The position numbers and the translations under genes are program-made. The notes beneath the pieces are model-generated. The model saw nothing but the letters and a program-made list of their open reading frames with translations, did no database searches and had not been told where the DNA came from. From Camelus ferus (taxonomy: Eukaryota): a DNA stretch of 64,000 nt. The DNA is taken from assembly GCF_009834535.1 (NCBI RefSeq), contig NC_045696.1, positions 90,398,001-90,462,000 of the forward strand, in the 5' to 3' direction. Below are positions 55,578 through 64,000 of the stretch, one piece after another (positions within the stretch are counted from its first letter, which is position 1; the number at the start of each line of letters is the position of its first letter).

Positions 55578-55737
55578 TTTCATTCATATTGATGAACTCT
55601 TGATTGACCTCTTCGTCTCCGGTCCTGTTGTTCTTTGACTTTTTAATGACATGAGCTCGGTCTTGGAGATGATGACCAACAGCCATTTTTTCTAATCCAC
55701 TTTCAGAATCTCTCAGTGCTCTCCTAGTTTCCTTTAT
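55578..55737 (-). CDS. MLF1: MLF1 internal exon
   Basis: 160 nt; IKETRRALRDSESGLEKMAVGHHLQDRAHVIKKSKNNRTGDEEVNQEFINMNE, A|gtaagt. Confidence 0.96.
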
Positions 55738-56279
55738 CTGTGAAAATGAAGAAAATAAAAATTGGTCATTATTTAAATAAATATAGAATGGATATACTTC
55801 CAAACTCCTCAGAACCTATTTACCTACAGACGTAAGACCATAGATCCAATGCTCTAAAAATAATAGGTACTCAGTTCCACTACCAACCTGTCTCTGATAT
55901 TTCCTGAACTGCTTTAAATTAAAATGTCCAGGACAAATAGAACCAATACAATTATTAAAAGAAAGAATAATTTAATTTTATAAAACAATGCCTTCAACAC
56001 TGTCCTTGACAATTAATAGATGGGAGTACATACTAGCATTCCTACAAGCAAGGGCGACTTCATGTTGGTGGGCTTGAATCTCATGACTCCTACCTAATGA
56101 CCCTATCAATTAGAATATTTATGAAAGCCAAGGACTGTTAACATGGTTTGCTGTGGGACATCGACAATTGCATTCTCTTTTCATTTAAGATGTATGTCAC
56201 TTATAGCAAGTTAAAATTTAAAAGTCTTTGCTGTACTATGGCAAGAGTATCATTAAAAGGTATGTCTTTACAGGTAAGA

Positions 56280-57355
56280 ACTGAAAAATGAACTACTTAC
56301 ACCCATTAGACAGGCAATCCCAAACTTTCTTTACTATAAGTACTAACAAGGAAGTGGAGAAATGGGAACTCTCATTCCAAAGTCTGTGGGAGCCATTTGT
56401 TTCAATCAACTTGGTAATTTCTAGGTAAGGATGAAGACACATGCCTCCTCCAACTCAACAATACCATTCCTAGCCCCTCTGCACAAGGAGACAGGTATCA
56501 AGATGAGTAAGTGAAAAATTAGAAACATCTATACATCTATTAATAGAAAAATGGATTTTAAAAGTGTGGTATATTCATATTTCAGACACTATACAGAAGT
56601 TAAAATAAAGAAACCAGAGTTACACATATCAACTTGAATAAATCTCAGAAGCAATTACTGAGCAAAGTCATGTTGCAAAGGACACATGCAATATGAAACC
56701 ATTTACGTGAAGTTTAGAAACCTGTAAAATAAGTCACTATACTGCATATGAAGCATATATAACTAATAAGATTACAAAAAGTATGCATGAGAATGATAAA
56801 TTCCAGATACAGGCATACCTCAGCGATACTGTGGGATCACTTCTAGACCACCGCAATGAAGCAAAAATTGCAATAAAGTGAGTCACATAAATTTTTTGGT
56901 TTCTCAGTGCATATAAAAGTTATGTTTATAATATACTGTAGTTATTAAGTGTGCAATAGCATTATGTCTAAAAAAGCAATTACATACCTTAATTTAAAAA
57001 TGCTTTATTGCTAAAAACTGGTATCATCTGACAACACAGGGTTGCCACGAACCTTGTTTGTAAACAACACAATTTATCTGTAAAGTGCAATAAAGCAAAG
57101 CCCAGTAAACGAGGTACACCTGTATAAGAAAATGGTTCTCTTTGGCAGAGGCAGAAAAGGAAAAGGAGGAAGGAGGAGCATTTTGGAAACCTGAACTGAA
57201 TCTGCAACGTTTTTGCTTAAAAAGAAAACAAAGTAAGAGACAAAGTAAATAGAGAAAAGTGTTGATTTGACTAAATTGGATGGAAGGAATTTGGGGTATT
57301 TATATTATTCTCTATATCCTTTATGTATACCTGAAAAATTGTGAGTTTAAAAATT
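56280..57355 (+). mobile_element. Old L1 (L1ME-like) 3' fragment interrupted by Tigger1
   Basis: aaggaagtggagaaatgggaactctca, gtgtggtatattcata motifs on both sides of the Tigger insertion. Confidence 0.6.
56810..57122. mobile_element. Short Tigger1 deletion derivative (Tigger1a-like)
   Basis: TA|caggcatacctc ... gaggtacacctg|TA; TA TSDs on both sides; Tigger1 terminal sequences. Confidence 0.9.
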
Positions 57356-57682
57356 CATTTACTGTAAATATAAATTAAAAGTAGACATTCATTTCATGAA
57401 ACAAAGACTTCTTCTAGTATCTACTTACCTTGTCAACATGTGAAGGTAGTAAACATTGATAGATATTTACATGAAAAAAGCCACCAGGACAGGGGTGGAG
57501 GGGTTTGGGGAGGCAAAGAATGCCTTAAATAAATACAGTTAGCTTTATTGCTTTGCACAGTGACCCATGTTTTCTTCGACCCCACCCCTTCCCTGGCCAA
57601 GACCAGGTCAAATTTTAAGTTAAAAGTTGATATAGGTGATCTATTATCCCACAACTTTATAAAGTTCCAAGAAAGTACTTAC

Positions 57683-57811
57683 TCCTCCTGGAGCCCTACG
57701 GGTTTGAGTTGAGGCCTGGAAAACCTTTGGCGGTTCATCCCCTACTTTGGAATATGTCATAACTGAGGAAGAGCTAAACGAATGCCCATTTGGATCCATT
57801 GAAAGCTGACC
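57683..57811 (-). CDS. MLF1: MLF1 internal exon
   Basis: 129 nt; GQLSMDPNGHSFSSSSVMTYSKVGDEPPKVFQASTQTRRAPGG|gtaagt. Confidence 0.96.
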
Positions 57812-58894
57812 CTGGGGGCAAACATAAATTGTAAATCCAGAGAACTAAGTCAAATACGAAGAACTAATGTCAGAGTATTCAAATAATTAACAACACAAAC
57901 TAGAAGTTCTAAGGATACTGTAAGTGATGAGTATGATCTATCCAAATGGTAGGTACCCCTAGAAAGGTCCTAACTTCCTTCCATATTTAACAGTTCCCAC
58001 TCTCCTCGTAAGGAATAAACAAGTGATTCACTCAGAAACCCTCAAATTTTTGAGATCAAAGACTCATGGTTAAACTTATAGATGCTGTGCCCTGAAGCAT
58101 GTGATACTTTTACAGTCAGCGGTTGACTGTGTGTGCAATTTTGCCAACCGTGAGCCAATCAGCCTTATGCCAAGAAGTTTTACACCTTCTGTGGGTACCG
58201 ATCGCTACATTTCTAAAATCATTAATAATGCCCTGGATTTGAACATTCTGAAATGAACCTCAGATTTCAAACTGGATGACTAAATAATATGGGTGGTCTT
58301 CATGCTAAATCAAGTTATTATTTTGATTAATATGAGTAGAAAAGTAAGAGTATGAGTACTAGTTTTTAAGTATTTAGACCGTATGAATCTAATCCAGTGC
58401 CTAAACATCATTCCTGAGATTTCTATTTTTCAAAACACTAGAAGTTAATTAATCTCTTAGGTGCTACAAATCTTCTTAAGTAGACAAGTTATATATAATT
58501 TTTGAAAATCTAAATTCATATAAAATTTTCATTTACAATAGTGACCTTCAGTAGGATAAATGTTTCTGAGGTTGAATTTTTTTATTTTGAAAATTTAATT
58601 AATACTATTTTTCAGACTTGTAGGTTGTGAGATCATTTTGAGATCATCTGACCAGAATTTTTAAAATGTGAAATAAAATAGAAAATTCTATCAGCACAAT
58701 CTGTAAATAGTATGATCATTTTCTCATGAAACTGTTATTTCAGGTATACAATATAAATAGTACACAAGTACTGTCATGATGTAAGATGTATTTTTCAATC
58801 ACTGTGACCAGGGTTAGAAGACGGTTGAAAGCCACTATAATATAGGGTTACCAATAACTGAAAACAACGTTCTCATCAGTTTTTTAGTACTTAC

Positions 58895-58978
58895 AAAGTT
58901 TCTTTGTAATTCCTGCATACTGTTTCGCATATTTAACATCATTCGGTCCATTGCCTGAAAAGGGTTGACATCTGGACG
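58895..58978 (-). CDS. MLF1: MLF1 internal exon
   Basis: 84 nt; ctgtag|RPDVNPFQAMDRMMLNMRNSMQELQRNF|gtaagt. Confidence 0.93.
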
Positions 58979-59600
58979 CTACAGGATATTAGGAAGTACA
59001 TTATTAACTACGAAAGAAGCAAATGAACCTTCCCACAACAGCTGAAAAGTGTTTTCTTGATTTTTGCTGTGGGACCTCATGCCGGGATCTACCAGGCAAA
59101 GATAATTTAAGGAAAATACAATGAAAGCAATTTGTTAAAGAAAAACTTGAAGCATACACAAAATCCTAAATAGCCAACATATAAATGGTTAGGAAGTTGT
59201 AACACTATAAATACAGGCATATATATATGTGTATATATAAACATGTATATACATGCAACATGCAATCATTCAACTTGCTCAAAACATAATTTGGTTAATA
59301 TTTAAATACTGAGTCGTGCAGTTGTGGGCGAAACAGCTCTAGCACAGGCTAGTTTTCAAATTATTCCTTTTTCCCTCTGGGTACCCCACCAGGCAAATAA
59401 ATAACACCTGGGTATAAGACAACAGTGTCACCTTCAGCAATACCACAAGGCTGACAGAAGCTGCCTTGGAGTAGCCAGCCCTCCTGTGATCCACTCCATT
59501 AACAGGCCTTGAATTTGCTGCCTACCACTGAAGGCTCAGTAGGGCCCACCCTCGAAGGATGAGGTATGCTCCTTTAGAATAGTTAAGAATTCCTCCACAA

Positions 59601-59820
59601 CAGTGGTTTCTTAGCCAAGAGTGATTTTGACCCCAGGGGGACATCTGGCAATAATTATACTCATTTTTGTTTGTTACAACTGAAGAGGGTCTGTGACTGG
59701 CATCTGCTGGGTAGAGGCAAGGGATTCTGCTAGACATCTTATGAAGCATAAGACAGTTTCCCAGAACAAGAATTATCCAGCTCAACATGAGAGTAGTAGC
59801 ATTGAGGCTGAGAAATTCTG
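59601..59820. mobile_element. MER20 hAT-Charlie element
   Basis: gtgattttgaccccagggggacatctggcaa...actggcatctgctgggtagaggcaagggattctgcta...gaggctgagaaattctg. Confidence 0.88.
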
Positions 59821-60419
59821 CTCTAGAAAGTCTGCTATTGCTTTTTAGGTTTTATCACTAGAACAGTTACCAGAAATCAAAAAATGAAGCACATGTTCTA
59901 GTGTGTCACCCAACACATCATCTACTATTATAAGGAGTGTGTGAGTCAAGGAATTCCTACCACTCAAGTAGAAAGAGTCTTTTGAATCCTCTAAGGCACT
60001 GTTGTTCAATGCTGGTATTTCAGCCCTTCTGGAGAGTCTTTTGCTGTGTGCCACGCTGGGACTCAATATAAGACGTAGCAAAGGCCTGTTTATGTCTCTG
60101 CATTCTATTGGGTTTTTATTGTTAGTTACAATGGGAAAACAGATGGAAATTTCTCTTTAGAACCTGCACTCAGCACAGTAGGGAACACAAAGGCACGTTT
60201 AGGAGATACTGATACATCTATGGGACTCAGAGGACTGCAATAGAATCAATCTGCATTTCACAGACTCAATACAATTCAGGAAATACTCTGAATTTTTGAC
60301 TTCAACATGTAGGTTGAGAATCAGGGCTGTTTTAGAGATACAATTCAAGAGAGATGGTAGGGAAGGGGCGGAGAAGCAGGAGGAGGAAAAGATCAGATGT
60401 TTGGGTGTATTCTCTCTCT

Positions 60420-61450
60420 TCTCAATTCACTGTCAAATCAGAAGGGCTATCTTCTCTGTCTTATTCACTACTGTATTCCCAATACTTTAAAAAGAACTCC
60501 TGGCACACAAGAGGGCTCAATAAATATTTGCTGAATGAATGAACAAATTTTCTCTAGCTTAGCTCCCGTATATCCAACAGTTTACCAGATAAATCCACCT
60601 GGACAGCCCACAGATGACTCAAAATGCAAAACATCTGAAACTGAAATGATCTCTCTGAACACCTCTGCCCTCATATCTGCACTGCATCAGTGCTCTGTTC
60701 CCTAGCTCAGTGGCCAGGGAACTACCAACCTACCTAATTCTTCATGCCAGAAAAACAGGCATAATACTTTCCTTCTCCCTCTCTACAGATCCACCCCAAC
60801 TCAATTCAATAAATCACCAAGTTCTATCCATTCACCTGTTTAACTCTCTCTCAAATGAGATTACTTCTCTTCATCACCACAGCTATTCCCAGAGTAGAAG
60901 CTATAGCTAATACTTCCTAGAAGCCTTCAACAGCTTCCTAGCCTCCCTGCCTCCACTGTTGTCCCTGCTAATCGCTTTCCTACCTGCAGGCACAATGATC
61001 TTTCAAAAAGGAGAACCTGATTCTACTATTTTGAATTGAAAATTCATCAATTGCTTCCCCTGCTCCTAAGATTGAGCCCACAGTCCTTAGCAGGGCCCAG
61101 AGAAGTCCCTGGTCACCTCTCTATGCTTATCTCTATCTCTCCTTGAACTCACACCGTAGGGCTAACTGACCCTAAACATCTTCGAGCTCCCTAGCCTCCA
61201 GGTCTCTGCACAAACTGTTTCCTCTATGCTGAGCACTCTTCTCCCATCCCTGCTTTTCCTGGCTAATTCCTATTAATCCTCAAGGTTCAGAAAGTCTTCT
61301 CTAATTGACCTCTACCCACCATCGCAGAAGGTCTGGGCTTTTTTCTATCTGTGCTCCCACAGCATGCTCAACTCCCTTATCATTTTACTGATAACTGTGT
61401 TATAGCTGCTTTTGTCCCCCCATTCATTACTTGTCTCACTAAAAACTGTC
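60420..61450 (+). mobile_element. L2 LINE fragments
   Basis: cctggcacacaagagggctcaataaatatttgctgaatgaatgaa (L2 3' end) and further L2-like pyrimidine-rich sequence. Confidence 0.75.
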
Positions 61451-62094
61451 CAGGAAGGACAAATGTCAAACATTGAGAGAAATGGCTGAAATCTAACACA
61501 AGAGAATAAAACAGGAACTTTCTCATGAGAGTACAAATGCATCTGTAGGAAATGCTCTAAGGTCATGCTATTCTCTGCTACTCCTCAGATTGCTTTTAAG
61601 TGTGTCAGAAACTAGCACCACAGAAAACAGAACCAAAGCCCAAACAGGTGGGAGAAAAGCTGGTTGCAGAGAAGCCATTCGTGGACATGGGAAAAGAAAA
61701 GCATGAACAAATTGGCAATAGAGTCCTGGAGAGAGCAGCCAATTTGAGCTTTTCCAAATGTGCTTGCCTATCATCATGAGCATGAGGAAGTCTCCAACTT
61801 TCAAACACAACTAAGGGGATCCCTTTTGTAAATCAGGTGAATGGTCACGTATTAAAATGTACTTTTTCTTTTTGAAGATTGATTTTATATATGTTGAAAT
61901 GACTCACTTCACAAAACATATGCCTAAACACTCTAAGATAAATTTAATACATGAAATAAATTTTCAGTAAAAATGCTAAAAAGCCATCATCAAAGTAAGT
62001 GCAGCTGCATGCCAATTCAATTTGCTTAAGCTAATGAAAAATAAATATTTTTCAGAAAATACTGCTAAAATGGTTTGTGTCTTACGATACGAAC

Positions 62095-62136
62095 CATACC
62101 ACCAAAACTGCCAAAAGGCACAAGGGAACGCATTGC
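62095..62136 (-). CDS. MLF1: MLF1 small in-frame cassette exon (42 nt)
   Basis: ttttttccctag|GCA ATG CGT TCC CTT GTG CCT TTT GGC AGT TTT GGT GGT ATG|gttcgt = AMRSLVPFGSFGGM, similar to recalled human ATSCSLVPFGDFGGM. Confidence 0.85.
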
Positions 62137-64000
62137 CTAGGGAAAAAAATCCAATTAATTTTGGTTATGATATTTGTTACATGATAACCTCTGAAAAAGA
62201 AGTGTACTGCATTAATCACATAGTTCAGAGCTAACCAAGTCATAGAATTTTTTAATCAAAAAAACTTCAACATATATTTAAAACTTTTTCTGCTTATTAC
62301 TCATGGTCGAGCCTGACAGGAGCCTGGCAGGCAAACAGGGAAGCCTCATGTCACTCGTAAACAAGACTACTCTAGTATTAGTTATTAATATAAAGGCAGT
62401 TCAAAGACAAAGTATTTGCTATGGATGGAGACAAACATTTCTCAAAAGAAATGCAAATTCACACAAAAATTGAAACATAAGATACAATGATTAAGATTAT
62501 ATCTTTCTTTTGCTCAACTGTTCCATCTTTTTAAAAAAAAAATCAGTTAATCTTGCTGGTAATCAATTAAAAATAAAAGTATCTACACTAACAACATTTT
62601 AAAAGATTAGTAGAGATATTGGGCACAAAAATTAATGAATACTTCCTAAGAACTAATTTATGGAATAAAAAAATGTAGACTTCAGCAAGGCTTACATGCA
62701 GATTTTAAAATATTTGGTCTGTGATAGGGAAAAGAACAGTAAATATAATAGATGAAATGATCAAAATTATAGTTCATAAACTGTATTCCTTAATAGGTAC
62801 AGATGGATAAAAATAAATTTTTAGATGTGTATACAAATTAAAAACTTTTATTACTTGGAAGTTTCAAATGTTGAAAATAAATTTTGAATTTCTTTGTAAA
62901 AGGTATATACAAGGTTTTATAATCATTCAGTGAAAGATAATTTTCTCCCTGTGTAAGTTATATTGAAAACTAGAGAAAACTGTGTGTTTATATTAAATTT
63001 TATAATAAATTATATCATATGATATATACTTATACTGTATATCTAGAACAGTAATCTCCAAAGTATATTAGAAGCACCAATAAAATTTCTCTTTCTATTT
63101 CTTTGTACTAAAATGAAAAACAGATTTCAGATTGACTCTGGCATTATCTCTCAGTCTAAGTGTCAGAAGAGCACATGTCATAATCTGAATTATAGATTGC
63201 CTAATTAAATAAATTTACAGATTAAATGACCTAGCTGCAAATAAAACCAATCCTCCCAAAATGGACAACTGGCTTAAAAATATCCCAAAAAAGAAATCAT
63301 TACCTGAGGAAAATGCTAATAACACAAACACAATAAAGTGGCAGAGCTGCTGCTTCTCCTACTTTTATAGGAGTCTTTGTTTTCCTTCACAATATGGCTG
63401 ATAAAGATGACAAATGTCAAGAAATGGGCCAAAAACAGAAAAAATTATCAAGGTGTCTATTTGAAATATAAATTTTCATCCATTATGCTTAAAAGGATCA
63501 GTATAATGACTTGCTACTTCATCAACACACTCATTTTAAAATTTATAACTTCATGAAAAGAGAAAAAAGAAAGCTTTGTATAAATCGTTGTTAAAAGTTC
63601 AAACAGAACAGCTAGCATGCTCAAAAAGCCTACTGTTTTCTTGGCTATGTTCTTTTCAAACTAGGCAGCAGTCTTTTCCATTTTCTGCAGTTTCGAACTT
63701 CGAATATCTTTACATCTACTTACAAAACACTGACTTAGAAAAGTCAAGTTGGGATAGAGATCTTTTGTTGTTATTGTTGTTTGGTTTTTTATTTCTTTTA
63801 ATTTCTTTTAGTTTCAGTATGACATAAGTCTTTCATACTGAGCTATAAACATGTCAGAAAAACATGTCAGGAAAAAAAGGAAAGTCGTATTTCACCAGTA
63901 TACATTTTTAAAAAAATGAGTTTTGGCTAAAAGAGAAGCTGAATGTTCCTTGGAAAACCTGCTGCAACTGGATGAAGTTCCTACATTTAAAAAATTACTA

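Noticed and set aside
63296..63320. Minus-strand CAG|GTAATG donor-like site in the MLF1 intron
   Set aside because: No matching acceptor or MLF1-like reading frame found

Overview
Mammalian genomic DNA (AT-rich, spliced genes, eutherian repeats; probably an artiodactyl, possibly a camelid) covering the conserved RARRES1-GFM1/LXN-MLF1 locus. It contains the last two coding exons of RARRES1 (+, 387-676) and all 18 coding exons of GFM1, mitochondrial EF-G1 (-, 45482 to 5119). The complete 6-exon latexin gene LXN (+, 16868-22463, 222 aa) is nested antisense in GFM1 intron 13. The six 3'-most coding exons of MLF1 lie on the minus strand (62136 to 51545). Exon boundaries were placed by hand using splice signals and phase continuity. 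Main anomalies: (1) GFM1 exon 1 and the MLF1 penultimate exon each carry one surplus base, with the same C-T-G signature, which suggests collapsed heterozygous CpG SNPs rather than real nulls; (2) GFM1 has two GC-AG introns; (3) intron 5 holds a stop-containing counterpart of the human GFM1 cryptic exon; (4) an MLF1 cassette exon has tandem in-frame donors; (5) an orphan plus-strand exon-like unit lies upstream of GFM1. I found no convincing wholly novel system. Comparisons to human and mouse proteins and repeat family names are from memory and need database confirmation.
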